Counted from the stretch's first letter, positions 29,532 to 39,321 are shown. The stretch is 64,000 nucleotides of DNA from Minisyncoccota bacterium (GCA_036261925.1 DATAJW010000013.1:22544-86543); one strand, 5' to 3'. The notes: generated by a model from the sequence alone, not told the origin. Translations and numbers: made by a program.

Positions 29532-30020
29532 CTAGCTCGCTTTGATCTTCAGCTTCGTCTGTCGCGTCTTATCGAGCTTCGGCAGGACGATGTTGAGCAG
29601 GCCGTCCTTGGCGGCAGCGGATGCGAGGTCGACGTCCACCTCCTGCGGCAGGAGGATGGTGCGCGAGAAGGTTCCCCAGAAGAGCTCGCGGGTGAAGTAA
29701 TCGGAGTCGGCGAGCTGCTCGCGCTCGTCGCGCGAGCCGTCGATGACGACCATGTCGCGGCTGATGGAGACATTGAGGTCGTCGGGGCGGACGCCGGCAA
29801 CGAAGGTGCGGATGACGATCTCGGTCGCGGTCTGGTAGACGTCGACGGGGAGCTGGCCCTCGCTCGGCTCGTCCTCGTGCAGCGTCGCGAGCGGAACGTT
29901 CTGCGCCAATGAATCCCGGGCACGCACGGGCTCGCGGCGGGGAAGCTCGTCCTCGTAGTCGTAGTCGTCGGCAAGCGGCACGGAACCCGCGAGGCGATCG
30001 AGGAGGGAGCGTTTTTTCAT
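29532..30020 (-). CDS. Hsp20/alpha-crystallin family small heat-shock protein
   Basis: alpha-crystallin domain (PVDVYQTATEIVIRTFVAGVRPDDLNVSISRDMVVIDGSR...GLLNIVLPK). Confidence 0.8.
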   Translation of the reverse strand: MKKRSLLDRLAGSVPLADDYDYEDELPRREPVRARDSLAQNVPLATLHEDEPSEGQLPVDVYQTATEIVIRTFVAGVRPDDLNVSISRDMVVIDGSRDEREQLADSDYFTRELFWGTFSRTILLPQEVDVDLASAAAKDGLLNIVLPKLDKTRQTKLKIKAS

Positions 30021-30021
30021 A

Positions 30022-30780
30022 TCAGCAGGTGTTTTTCGGTAATCGCTTGTAACGGGCGTAGCGCAGCAGTTCGAACAGGGCGAAGAATACGACGATGCCC
30101 GACCAAACCAGGAAGAACGCCAGAAGCGTGTGCGAGGCGGTCTCCTTGATTATAAGGAAGTTGAAAATCGCATGCAACGCGATAGCAAGGACAAGTCCCG
30201 CGCTCGCGGCCGCGGCGCGCACGATGAGGGGCTTCCGGAACGCGAACGCGAGCGAGAATCCTATCGCGGAGGAGGCGATGACATGCAGCAGGGTCGCGCC
30301 GATGAAGCGGAGATTGTTCGAGAGGAGGCTGCCGACGATATCGCCCTCGGTGAGCGGCACGATGAGGAAGAGGGTATTCTCGAGCGCCGCGAATCCGAGC
30401 GCGACCGATAGCATATAGATGACGAGGTCGACCGGCTCGTCGACCTGCTGGCGCCAGAGTATGAAGAGGGCGGCGAGGGCGTATTTCACCGTCTCCTCGA
30501 TGACGGCCCAGGCGAGCACGATGGGCAGCTGGAAGGTCGGGTCGAGCGCGAAACGGTCGAAGAGCGAGATGCCGGGAAAGAGGCTCGGCAGGAACGCGCG
30601 GGCCATATGCTCGAGCGGGAGCACGAGGGGCACGGCGAGCATGCCGGTCATGAGCGCGAGGATGATGAGCGGCCGCGGCTCGGGGCAGCGGGAATCCTCC
30701 TTCAGGAGGAAATAGAGCCAGACGAGCGCGGGGAGCACGCCGCCGAGGAATGCGTAGATCGCTATTTCAGCGGTAGGCAT
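30022..30780 (-). CDS. prsW: PrsW-family intramembrane metalloprotease
   Basis: AVIEETVKYA (EExxK) and HAIFNF motifs, about 7 TM. Confidence 0.55.
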   Translation of the reverse strand: MPTAEIAIYAFLGGVLPALVWLYFLLKEDSRCPEPRPLIILALMTGMLAVPLVLPLEHMARAFLPSLFPGISLFDRFALDPTFQLPIVLAWAVIEETVKYALAALFILWRQQVDEPVDLVIYMLSVALGFAALENTLFLIVPLTEGDIVGSLLSNNLRFIGATLLHVIASSAIGFSLAFAFRKPLIVRAAAASAGLVLAIALHAIFNFLIIKETASHTLLAFFLVWSGIVVFFALFELLRYARYKRLPKNTC

Positions 30781-30801
30781 GGTGCCCCCATTATAGCCCC
30801 T

Positions 30802-32976
30802 CTACGCAGCGGGGGATGCGGGAACGGGCCATGGGGCGACCATGAGGAATCCCTCGGTATCCTCGAGATTCTGCCAGATTTCTTCGGTTACGAACGGCAT
30901 GAACGGATGGAGGAGGATCAGGACGGAGCGGAGCAGCGATACGAGAAGCACTCGGCGCGACGCTTTCGCGGTCTCGTCCTCGCCCGCGAAGATCACTTTC
31001 GACTCCTCGAGCAGCACGTCCGCGAGACGATGCCATATGTAGTGGTATATCTTCTCCGAGGCCAGGTAGAGGCGGTACGCGTCGAGGTCAGCCGTGATAT
31101 CCGCGGCGAGCGCATCGAGCTCATCGCGCAGCGCTCGGTCGGTATCGGTGAGCGGGGCATTCGGGTCCGACTCGTCGGTATTCTCCAGGATGAAGCGGGT
31201 GATGTTCCACAGCTTGTTGCCGAAGTGCTTGTAGCCCTTGATCTTGTCTTCGGACATCCTCGAATCGGTGCCGGGCGTGTTCCCGACCAGGAGCGCCATG
31301 CGTGCCGCGTCGGCGCCGAACTTGCCGACGACCTCGATCGGGTCGATGCCGTTCCCGAGCGACTTGGAGAATTTCCGGCCCTGCGCGTCGCGAATGATGC
31401 CGTGCAGGTAGACGGTCCTGAATGGCACCTGGCCGAGCGCGAAGCCCGACATGAGTATCATGCGCGCGACCCAGAAGAAGAGGATCTCGTACGCGGTCTC
31501 GAGGACGTCGGTCGGATGGAACTTCGCGAGGTCCTTGGTCGCTTCGGGCCAGCCGAGCGTGGAGAAGGTCCAGGAACCGGATGAGAACCACGTATCGAGG
31601 GTGTCCTCATCCTGCGTCCAGCCTTCGCCTGGCGGCAAGAAGCCGACGGCGATCTCCTCGCCGCGGTACCACACGGGTACCCGGTGGCCGTACCAGATCT
31701 GGCGGGAGATGCACCACGGGCGCAGGTTATCGATCCAATGGAAATAGGTCTTGTTGAAATGCTCGGGAACGATGGAGATGGCGCTCGATTCGACCGCGGT
31801 GCGGAGCAGCTTCTTGAGCGTGATCGGCACGCCCGCTGCTATGCCCGGGATTTCCGAATGGTCGAGCGCGAATTCCTTTTCGGTATCGACGAACCACTGG
31901 AGCTTTATCTGCGGCTCGATGACGCCTCCGGTGCGCTCGGCGGTCGATACGTTATGGGTGTAGTCCTCGATGCGATCGACGAGGCCCTTCTCGGACAGCT
32001 TCTCGATTATCTTGTCGCGCGCTTCGCCTATCTTCATGCCGGCGAATTCGCCCGCTATAGGCAGGAGCTTGCCGTACCAGTCGATGACCTGCTCCTTGTC
32101 GAGGCCGTGCTTCTCGGCGAGCTCGAAGTCCACGGCAGAATGCCAGGGCGTGATCGTCATGACGCCCGTGCCGAATCCTGGATCGACCGCCTCGTCCTTG
32201 ATGATGGTCGCCTCGATGGGGCCGTTGATCCATTCGACGGTGAGCTTCTGTCCATGCGCGTATTCAGCGTAGCGCGCGTCATCGGGGTGCATCACGACGT
32301 ACTTGTCGCCGAACTTGGTCTCGGGGCGCGCGGTGCCGATGACGAACGGCCCGTACTTGAGGTAATAGAACTTATCCTTGCGCTCCTCATAGACGATCTC
32401 ATCGTCGGAGATGGTGGTCTGGCCCTTCGGGTCCCAGTTCACGATGCGGTGGCCGCGGTAGATGAGCCCTGCGTCGTACATGCGCTTGAACATGGTGTTC
32501 ACGGCGAAATTGCGCTTCTCGTCGAAAGTGAACGCTTCGCGCGACCAGTCGCAGGAGGAACCCATCACGCGTATCTGGCTGCGGATGGTGGAGCGGCTGC
32601 CCTCCACGAACTCATCGATGCGGCGTACCAGCTCCTCGCGCCCCAAGTCGTGCCGGCTCTTCTTCTCGCTCTTCGCTATGTCCTTCTCGACGCGCGCCTG
32701 GGTCGCGATAGCGGCATGGTCGGTCCCAGGTAGCCAGAGCGCGGCGAATCCCTGCATGCGCTTGAAGCGGATGAGCACGTCCTCGACCGTCAGGCCGAGC
32801 GCATGGCCCATATGGAGGACGCCCGTCGCGTTGGGCGGCGGCATCATGATGGTGTAGGGGGTCGGACGGTCGCCCGGGAGATTGTCCGGGTTGAATAGTC
32901 CGCTTTCTTCCCAGGCCTCGTAGATGCGGCCCTCGGTCTCCTGGGAATTGTACGGCTTGAGGAATTTGCTATCCAT
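30802..32976 (-). CDS. valS: Valyl-tRNA synthetase (short form, 724 aa)
   Basis: PPPNATGVLHMGH (HIGH), KFSKSLGN (KMSKS), editing domain; lacks the long C-terminal coiled coil. Confidence 0.9.
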   Translation of the reverse strand: MDSKFLKPYNSQETEGRIYEAWEESGLFNPDNLPGDRPTPYTIMMPPPNATGVLHMGHALGLTVEDVLIRFKRMQGFAALWLPGTDHAAIATQARVEKDIAKSEKKSRHDLGREELVRRIDEFVEGSRSTIRSQIRVMGSSCDWSREAFTFDEKRNFAVNTMFKRMYDAGLIYRGHRIVNWDPKGQTTISDDEIVYEERKDKFYYLKYGPFVIGTARPETKFGDKYVVMHPDDARYAEYAHGQKLTVEWINGPIEATIIKDEAVDPGFGTGVMTITPWHSAVDFELAEKHGLDKEQVIDWYGKLLPIAGEFAGMKIGEARDKIIEKLSEKGLVDRIEDYTHNVSTAERTGGVIEPQIKLQWFVDTEKEFALDHSEIPGIAAGVPITLKKLLRTAVESSAISIVPEHFNKTYFHWIDNLRPWCISRQIWYGHRVPVWYRGEEIAVGFLPPGEGWTQDEDTLDTWFSSGSWTFSTLGWPEATKDLAKFHPTDVLETAYEILFFWVARMILMSGFALGQVPFRTVYLHGIIRDAQGRKFSKSLGNGIDPIEVVGKFGADAARMALLVGNTPGTDSRMSEDKIKGYKHFGNKLWNITRFILENTDESDPNAPLTDTDRALRDELDALAADITADLDAYRLYLASEKIYHYIWHRLADVLLEESKVIFAGEDETAKASRRVLLVSLLRSVLILLHPFMPFVTEEIWQNLEDTEGFLMVAPWPVPASPAA

Positions 32977-33009
32977 TATCTATGGAATATAGCAAATCCA
33001 TGGCTTTTT

Positions 33010-34263
33010 TCACGCTTCGGCTAAGGAGCGGTTGCCGTCGGCGATAAGGGTCTCGAGGGGTATGAAATCGCCCCGTGCCGCGCGGTAGAAGCCGGCGATG
33101 CCGATCATGATGGCATTGTCGCCGGTGAGCTCGACCGACGGGATGCAGAGGCGCACGCCGTCGTGGCGTTCGGCTATGGATTTCACGAACACCTCGCGCA
33201 GGTACTCGTTCGCGGACACGCCGCCGCCGATGGCGAGCGTGCGGCTGCCGGTGCTCTCGAGCGCGGTCGCGGTCTTCTTGAGAAGCACGTCGGCGACCGC
33301 GTCCTCGAACGCGCGCGCGAGCCGCTCCTTCTCGGCTTCCGATACTTCGCCGCGCTCCTTGAGGAGGTAGAGGACGGCGGTCTTGAGTCCGGAGAACGAG
33401 AAGTCGAGGTCATCCGAGTTCAGCATCGGGCGCGGCAAGATGAACTCTTCCCGACCATCTTTCATCGAGGACGGACCTCGATGAGGAAGAACCTGGCTGG
33501 AATCTTCATCAAGGACGGACCTTGATGAAGCCGCGCGTGCGCGGGCGGCGAGCTTGCCTACTTCAGGACCGCCTGGATAGGGAAGGTCGAGCATGCGGGC
33601 GACCTTATCGAACGCCTCGCCAACCGCGTCGTCACGGGTCTGCCCGATCTTCTCGTACGACAGCCAGTCCTTCATGAGCACGAGCTCGGTGTGGCCGCCC
33701 GATATGAGGAGCGCAAGGAGCGGAAGCTCGATGTCCCGTATCGCGTAGGTCCGGTCGCCCTCGCTCGTGACGAGCGAGGAGAGGATGTGGCCTTCCAAGT
33801 GGTTCACGCCAGCAACGGGAATGTCCCAGGCTATGGAAAGCGCCTTCGCGAAGTTGACGCCGACCCAGAGCGCGGGCGCGAGGCCGGGGCCGTGCGTGAC
33901 GGCGATGGCGTCGATGGGCGGCTTCTCCACCGATTCGATGAATGCGAAGAATGCGTCCGCGAGGCCGGGCTCGCGCTCGAGCGTCGTCGCGATGCGCTCG
34001 CGCGCGCCGGCATCGAGCGGCTGCAGGCTCTCGCGCATGAGCTCCGCCTCCTCGAGCGCGCTAGCTAAGAGCGGCACGAGGTTCTTCGCGTGCTCGCGCT
34101 TGGCAACCGCAGGGAAGACGCCGCCGAACTCGCGGTGGATATCTATCTGGGAAAGGAGCGCATTCCCAAGGACGGTGAATGTCGCGCGCTCCTCATTGCC
34201 CTCGCCCGCAAGGAGGGAGACCGCAGTCTCGTCGCACGAGGTCTCAATCGAGAGCAGTTTCAT
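33010..34263 (-). CDS. tsaD: tRNA N6-adenosine threonylcarbamoyltransferase TsaD (Kae1/YgjD)
   Basis: MKLLSIETSCDETAVSLL N-terminus, HxEGH motif; the tool ORF has a 39-aa non-conserved 5' extension. Confidence 0.85.
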   Translation of the reverse strand: MKLLSIETSCDETAVSLLAGEGNEERATFTVLGNALLSQIDIHREFGGVFPAVAKREHAKNLVPLLASALEEAELMRESLQPLDAGARERIATTLEREPGLADAFFAFIESVEKPPIDAIAVTHGPGLAPALWVGVNFAKALSIAWDIPVAGVNHLEGHILSSLVTSEGDRTYAIRDIELPLLALLISGGHTELVLMKDWLSYEKIGQTRDDAVGEAFDKVARMLDLPYPGGPEVGKLAARARAASSRSVLDEDSSQVLPHRGPSSMKDGREEFILPRPMLNSDDLDFSFSGLKTAVLYLLKERGEVSEAEKERLARAFEDAVADVLLKKTATALESTGSRTLAIGGGVSANEYLREVFVKSIAERHDGVRLCIPSVELTGDNAIMIGIAGFYRAARGDFIPLETLIADGNRSLAEA

Positions 34264-35104
34264 CGTTTTCGACCATCGTCCAGGGAACCGGACCGCCCGC
34301 GGGGATGAGGAAGCCGGATGAGCTCGGATGCCCGTTCCCGCCGTACTTCTGCGCGATGAGGGAGACGTCGACGCTGCCATCGCCGCGTATCGAGACGCCG
34401 TACCCCTTCGGGTGCGCGGCGACCACGAGCGCGAACGGCCCCTTCTTCCTCGCGAGCAGGTTCCCGACGAGCGATTTCATCGGCTTGAAGGGGTGCGCGG
34501 TGGCGAAATAGCATTCGTAACCCTCGAACTCGACGAGCTGGGCCTTGTCGGCGGCCAGCTCGGCGAGGAGCTCGAAGTACTCGGCGTAGGCGCGCGCTTT
34601 CTCGAGGAGCTTCCCGCCGGCGACCGCGTCGTCGAGCGTCAAAGCGAGCGCGTCCCATTCCTCGAACGTGAACGGGCGTACGGAAAGGTAGGAGAGGACG
34701 GGACGCGTATCGGGAAGCGCGAAGCGGAAGAGATCATCGTCTTCGACATGCGCGAGCAGCTTCGGGAGCGGCGTGCCGGGATGGAAGAAGTTCCAGGCGA
34801 TGGAGGCGCCGGAACGGTCGTTATCGAATACGTGGTTCGGCATGGACTCGACGACCGCGCGTACGCCGTTGTGGTGGTCGAGCACGGTCACGCTGTTCGC
34901 TTCAGCGACGATAGCGTCCATCTCCTCCTGGTCATAGGAGAAATCGATGAAATAGAGGTCGTTCCCGGCGATGACATCCGGGTGCGGCTCACCGCGATGG
35001 AGGGGGATGTAGTCGGCGGCATCGCCGAACCTCTTCCAGGCTGCGTAGGCGCCGCCGAAGCCGTCGGGGCAGCCGCCGTGATACAGAACTATAGTTTTAG
35101 GCAT
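34244..35104 (-). CDS. DHH-family phosphoesterase (NrnA-like)
   Basis: LYHGGCPDGFGGA, DHH and DHHA1-like regions; start placed at MPKTIV because the 5' extension runs through tRNA-Val. Confidence 0.65.
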   Translation of the reverse strand: MPKTIVLYHGGCPDGFGGAYAAWKRFGDAADYIPLHRGEPHPDVIAGNDLYFIDFSYDQEEMDAIVAEANSVTVLDHHNGVRAVVESMPNHVFDNDRSGASIAWNFFHPGTPLPKLLAHVEDDDLFRFALPDTRPVLSYLSVRPFTFEEWDALALTLDDAVAGGKLLEKARAYAEYFELLAELAADKAQLVEFEGYECYFATAHPFKPMKSLVGNLLARKKGPFALVVAAHPKGYGVSIRGDGSVDVSLIAQKYGGNGHPSSSGFLIPAGGPVPWTMVENDETALD

Positions 35105-35106
35105 TG

Positions 35107-35179
35107 TGCGCGATACAGGATTCGAACCTGTGACCCTCTCAACGTCAATGAGATGCTCTACCAACTGAGCTAACCGCGC
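35107..35179 (-). tRNA. tRNA-Val (anticodon GAC)
   Basis: reverse complement GCGCGGTTAGCTCAGTTGGTAGAGCATCTCATTGACGTTGAGAGGGTCACAGGTTCGAATCCTGTATCGCGCA; coordinates plus or minus 2. Confidence 0.8.
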
Positions 35180-35191
35180 GTATGGGAACAC

Positions 35192-35848
35192 GTGCAGAAT
35201 ACCGTTTTTGCGGCTAGTATTCAAGCCATGGAGCTCATCCGACTGTCGGATATCTCATTGAATGAGGCGGCCGCTAAAGCGGCCGCTGTCCTGCGTGACG
35301 GCGGCATCGTGCTCTTCCCGACCGATACCCTGTACGGCCTCGCGGTGGACATCGCGAACCCGGATGCGGTGGAGCGATTGCGCCAGCTCAAGAGCCGGGA
35401 GCGCCGCAAGCCGTTCTCGGTCATCGTTCCCGACGTCGAGCATATCGAGAAGCATGCCGAGCTGCATTCGGATGCGCGCGCGCTCGCGGAGACGCACTTG
35501 CCGGGCGCGCTCACGCTCGTGCTGCCCGCGAAGCGGCACATCTCGCCCGACGTGACGCTGAACGGGACCATCGGCATCCGCGTGCCGAACGACGCCTTTT
35601 CCCTCGCGCTGGCGCAGGTCTTCGGGAAGCCCTACTCCGCGACGAGCGCGAACGAGACGCGTCTCACGACGCCCGCGACCGCGCACGGGGTCATCGAGCA
35701 CTTCAAGCTGAAGGCGCATCTCATCTCGCTCGTCGTCGATGCGGGAGCGCGCGCCGGCGGCGTGCCGTCGACGGTCGTGACGTTCATCGATGGAAGGCCG
35801 TACGTTACGCGCGAGGGAGCTATTTCGCGCGAGGATCTCGGCCTTTAA
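35192..35848 (+). CDS. tsaC: L-threonylcarbamoyladenylate synthase TsaC/YrdC/Sua5 family
   Basis: VLFPTDTLYGLAVD...KPFSVIV...SANETRLTTPATAH YrdC motifs; true start possibly MELIRL (35228). Confidence 0.8.
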   Translation: MQNTVFAASIQAMELIRLSDISLNEAAAKAAAVLRDGGIVLFPTDTLYGLAVDIANPDAVERLRQLKSRERRKPFSVIVPDVEHIEKHAELHSDARALAETHLPGALTLVLPAKRHISPDVTLNGTIGIRVPNDAFSLALAQVFGKPYSATSANETRLTTPATAHGVIEHFKLKAHLISLVVDAGARAGGVPSTVVTFIDGRPYVTREGAISREDLGL

Positions 35849-35964
35849 ACTGCAACTATTTGCCTCCAACTACAGAGTCCTGGTATATACCGTCCATCAC
35901 TCCTTTTATCCTTGATAGATACAATCTACCCGGGATGCGAACCGCTACGGTGCCCTCTCTATTG

Positions 35965-36036
35965 TGACCCCACGGGGAATCGAACCCCGATTTCCTGCGT
36001 GAAAGGCGGGCGTCCTAACCGTTAGACGATGGGGCC
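35965..36036 (-). tRNA. tRNA-Glu (anticodon TTC)
   Basis: reverse complement GGCCCCATCGTCTAACGGTTAGGACGCCCGCCTTTCACGCAGGAAATCGGGGTTCGATTCCCCGTGGGGTC. Confidence 0.8.
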
Positions 36037-36098
36037 TTCATTCACTCGAATATCCTACATTTTTAAGGCTGAAAATGCTAGGATACGTTGGTTCTCTT

Positions 36099-36188
36099 GG
36101 AGAGGTGGCTGAGTGGTCGAAGGCACCGCACTCGAAATGCGGCGTACGGGAAACTGTACCGAGAGTTCGAATCTCTCCCTCTCCGCCA
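36099..36188 (+). tRNA. tRNA-Ser (anticodon CGA), CCA encoded
   Basis: acceptor GGAGAGG/CCTCTCC, anticodon loop CTCGAAA, long variable arm, T-loop TTCGAAT. Confidence 0.8.
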
Positions 36189-36190
36189 AA

Positions 36191-36228
36191 AGCAGAATAC
36201 CGGACGCATGCGCGTCCGGTATTCTGCT
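36191..36228. terminator. bidirectional terminator palindrome GCAGAATACCGGACGCATGCGCGTCCGGTATTCTGC
   Basis: perfect 16-bp stem. Confidence 0.7.
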
Positions 36229-36244
36229 TCAGATGGCGTGGAAC

Positions 36245-36643
36245 CTATGCGCGAGCGGCGAGCAGGCCGCGGTACGTATCGCGATACCTCCAGATAAGAT
36301 AGAGGTTGATGAGCAGCATGATATCGGCGAGGACGGCGCCGCCGGTGAACAGGCCGCCATCGAGCACGAGGTGGAAGCCGACGACGTTCAGGGTGATGGG
36401 CAGCACGATGAGCGCGGCGAGCCCCTCGCGCCTGGTCCACAGCGCGATGACCGCGATGACGTGCGCGACGGCCATCATGACATTGATATACCGCGCATCC
36501 ATCAGCATCTGGATGAACGCGAATGCGGCATCGGTGTTATAGAGGTCGCGCGTCGCCTCGCCCAGTACGCCGAACAGGCCGAGGACCGGCATCGCGAGAA
36601 TCAGAGTGAAGACGGCCTTCAGGACGATGTCTACTATCTTCAT
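36245..36643 (-). CDS. small polytopic membrane protein (DoxX-like?), hypothetical
   Basis: 4 TM helices, 132 aa. Confidence 0.45.
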   Translation of the reverse strand: MKIVDIVLKAVFTLILAMPVLGLFGVLGEATRDLYNTDAAFAFIQMLMDARYINVMMAVAHVIAVIALWTRREGLAALIVLPITLNVVGFHLVLDGGLFTGGAVLADIMLLINLYLIWRYRDTYRGLLAARA

Positions 36644-36725
36644 ACGAAGGGTGTTATCGGGTAAGCCTCACTAAATGTAATACGGCCCCGGCTCGGAATG
36701 GCGCTCGTCCACAAAAGAAAGAGCG

Positions 36726-37430
36726 GTGCCAGCCGTCTCCATCCCTATGGGCCCATTCCGCTTCGACGTGACACCAAAGGAAGCGGTCGCCCTCCAGAAG
36801 GAGCTGCGCGAACGCGTCAGGCTCGGGCCGCTCGAACGTCAGCCGGAGCGTATCGGCGGCTGCGACGTCTCGATGAACCGGTTCGCGAAGGAGGGATTCG
36901 CGGGATTCGTGACGCTTGCGTATCCGGAGCTCTCCGTCATCGACCATGCCGCGGTCGAGTCATCGATACCGTTCCCGTACGTGCCCGGCCTGCTGTCGTT
37001 CCGCGAGATACCGATGCTCATGCGCGCATGGGAGAAGCTCGGGACGAAGCCTGATGCGCTCATGGTCGATGGCATCGGCATCGCGCATCCGCGCCGGCTC
37101 GGCATCGCGTCGCATCTCGGGCTCATGCTCGGCATCCCGACCATCGGCATCGCCAAGAGCGTGCTCACCGGCTCCTATGAGGAGCCGGGAATCGAGGCCG
37201 GCTCGACGTCGCCGCTCATCGACCGCAAGACGAACGAGACCATCGGTATGGCTGTCCGTACCAAGCGGGGAGTGAAGCCCATCTTCGTCTCTCCTGGCCA
37301 CCTCATCACGCTCGACGAGTCCGTAGAGCTCGCGCTTTCTTGCGTACGTAAGCATCGCCTTCCGGAACCGACGCGTCAGGCGCACCTCACCGTCAACGAC
37401 TACCGGATCGAGAAAATGCGGATTTCGTAA
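36726..37430 (+). CDS. nfi: Endonuclease V
   Basis: IGGCDVS...PYVPGLLSFREIP...DGIGIAHPRRLGIASHLG catalytic motifs. Confidence 0.85.
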   Translation: MPAVSIPMGPFRFDVTPKEAVALQKELRERVRLGPLERQPERIGGCDVSMNRFAKEGFAGFVTLAYPELSVIDHAAVESSIPFPYVPGLLSFREIPMLMRAWEKLGTKPDALMVDGIGIAHPRRLGIASHLGLMLGIPTIGIAKSVLTGSYEEPGIEAGSTSPLIDRKTNETIGMAVRTKRGVKPIFVSPGHLITLDESVELALSCVRKHRLPEPTRQAHLTVNDYRIEKMRIS

Positions 37431-37488
37431 ACCCGCTATACCGAGGGCCAGCTCACGGAACCGGCCATCGGGTATACTGCTCGTATCT

Positions 37489-38682
37489 ATGCAGCCCAAG
37501 GAGTGCGCGGAATGCGGTTCGGGAGCCATATACCATCGGCTCACCTATATCAGTATCGTCATCGACGAGTTAATGGCGGGCCTCCTGCCGACGCCCTCGG
37601 GCTCGAACTGGTTCAGCAGGGCCGTGCAGGCCGTCGAGCGGCGAGCGACACCGTACCTGCTCGAAGCCTTCATGGCCATCGGCCTTGCGACGCGGGTCAC
37701 GGAACCGGATGACCGGACGCAGCTGCTTGCGCTCATGCTCTGGAACGAGGCCAGGGAGCGGGATATACGGGTCGAGGAGGTACGGCTCTTCGGCCTGCCG
37801 CGCAACATCTTCCTCGCCACGTATCCGGATGGCCGGAAGGTAGCGTACGAGGGCATTCCGCTGCCGCCCGAGGATATCGAGCGGGTCGCGTGGATGGACG
37901 ACAAGGCCGAGCTCAAGAAGCGGTTCCGCAAGCTCGGGCTCCCGGTAGCGCACGGAGGCGACGCACGCACGCTCCGCACGGCACGCGCCCTCTTCGCGGC
38001 CATGACGCCGCCGGCTATCGCGAAGCCTTACTCGGGTTCGGCGTCGCGTCATACGACGCTCCATATCACTGACGAGCACGAGCTCGCGCGCGCATTCCGG
38101 GTCGCGGTCGAGGTGGCGCCGCGAGCGGTCATCGAGGAGGAGCTGGTCGGATCCGTCTATCGCGCGACGGTCGTCGACGGGAAGTTCGCCGCCGCTATCA
38201 GGCGCGACCAACCGTACGTCGTCGGCGACGGTACGCGCACCGTCCGGGAGCTTGTCGCGGAGGCGAATACGCATCCGGCGCGCAGCGGCCCCTATTTCCA
38301 TGCAATCAAGCTTGATGAGGCGGCCGAAGGCGAACTCGCCTGGCAAGGACTCGATCTCGACGCGATTCCCGAAGCCGGGAGGAACGTCACGCTCCACCAG
38401 AAGATAAACTGGTCGGTCGGCGGCACGACCGCGGACGTCACGGACGACGTGCACCCCGATAACATCGCGCTTTTCGAGGAGACGGCGCGCGTGCTGAAGG
38501 CACCTATCGTGGGCATCGATTTCATCATCGCGGATATCGGCCGCTCGTGGAAGGAGCTCGAGCGCTGCGGCATCCTCGAGACGAACAGCATGCCCTTCTT
38601 CGATAACCACCATCTCCCGTTCGAAGGAAAGCCGCGCAATGTCGCGGCCGCCATCTGGGATATGAACATCGCCCGTCTTTGA
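37489..38682 (+). CDS. ATP-grasp enzyme resembling the N-terminal/ATP-grasp half of cyanophycin synthetase (no Mur-ligase M domain)
   Basis: YVVGDGTRTVRELV, INWSVGGTTADVTDDVHPDN, IVGIDFIIADIG, GILETNSMPFF closely parallel the CphA G-domain. Confidence 0.6.
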   Translation: MQPKECAECGSGAIYHRLTYISIVIDELMAGLLPTPSGSNWFSRAVQAVERRATPYLLEAFMAIGLATRVTEPDDRTQLLALMLWNEARERDIRVEEVRLFGLPRNIFLATYPDGRKVAYEGIPLPPEDIERVAWMDDKAELKKRFRKLGLPVAHGGDARTLRTARALFAAMTPPAIAKPYSGSASRHTTLHITDEHELARAFRVAVEVAPRAVIEEELVGSVYRATVVDGKFAAAIRRDQPYVVGDGTRTVRELVAEANTHPARSGPYFHAIKLDEAAEGELAWQGLDLDAIPEAGRNVTLHQKINWSVGGTTADVTDDVHPDNIALFEETARVLKAPIVGIDFIIADIGRSWKELERCGILETNSMPFFDNHHLPFEGKPRNVAAAIWDMNIARL

Positions 38683-38744
38683 CAGGGGCATGGTGTGCGG
38701 GGTAGTTTCGAGGAAGGAACCGAACCTTACTAGAGGGGAACATC

Positions 38745-39266
38745 ATGGAACATCCGGGAATCGATCCGGAGGGGAAAAGCGAGGGCGAGCTCTTGGCCCG
38801 CGTGCGCGATGCGGTCGATCCGCGCCGGCACGATGGGGCAGGGTCGGCCATCGGCAAGCTGGAACCAGCAGTGCGGCTCGACATGCTCGAGCTCCTCGCG
38901 CGCGACGGGCACTGCATGCGCACGTGCGCGGTCGCTGTCTTCCGCACTTCCTGGCTCACGCGCGACACGAAGAGCTGGGAGGCGTGGGAACGCTTCGCAG
39001 CCGAGGCGCGGCGCAAGGTCGTCATCGTCATCGTGGACATCGGCGAGGACATGCTCGGCGCTCTGACGCGCGCCCGCAAGCTCGTTGAAAGCGGCGCGAT
39101 ATATGTAAGCGTGCTGACGAGCCAGGTGAACCTGACCCAAGAGATGCTCGGCGTGCTCGTGGACGGCATGGACCTGCGCCTGACCGACCCGCCCATTTTC
39201 AGCACGAAAGGGCATGAGCGCGTAAAGCTCCTCATTCCAGCGCCTCCGAAAGCGGAAGCTGCATAA
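38745..39266 (+). CDS. hypothetical protein (173 aa)
   Basis: ORF with good codon usage; no recognisable domain. Confidence 0.4.
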   Translation: MEHPGIDPEGKSEGELLARVRDAVDPRRHDGAGSAIGKLEPAVRLDMLELLARDGHCMRTCAVAVFRTSWLTRDTKSWEAWERFAAEARRKVVIVIVDIGEDMLGALTRARKLVESGAIYVSVLTSQVNLTQEMLGVLVDGMDLRLTDPPIFSTKGHERVKLLIPAPPKAEAA

Positions 39267-39271
39267 TACCT

Positions 39272-39300
39272 AGAAGGTCCCCATCCGGGGACCTTCTTTC
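39272..39300. terminator. bidirectional terminator AGAAGGTCCCCATCCGGGGACCTTCT + TTCCTTTTT
   Basis: stem plus T tract between convergent genes. Confidence 0.75.
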
Positions 39301-39321
39301 CTTTTTACGTACTGGCAGGTG

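Noticed and set aside
34244-35224. Long form of the DHH phosphoesterase ORF, and long forms of tsaD, ftsA, alr, S21, secG, pth and CAP-domain ORFs
   Set aside because: The 5' extensions are non-conserved, low-complexity, and in one case read straight through tRNA-Val. Internal Met codons coincide with conserved N-termini and sometimes with a -10 box.
36075-36440. ORFs 36075..36302, 36078..36440, 36088..36297
   Set aside because: They overlap tRNA-Ser(CGA) and its terminator palindrome. The minus-strand membrane protein 36245..36643 explains the rest.
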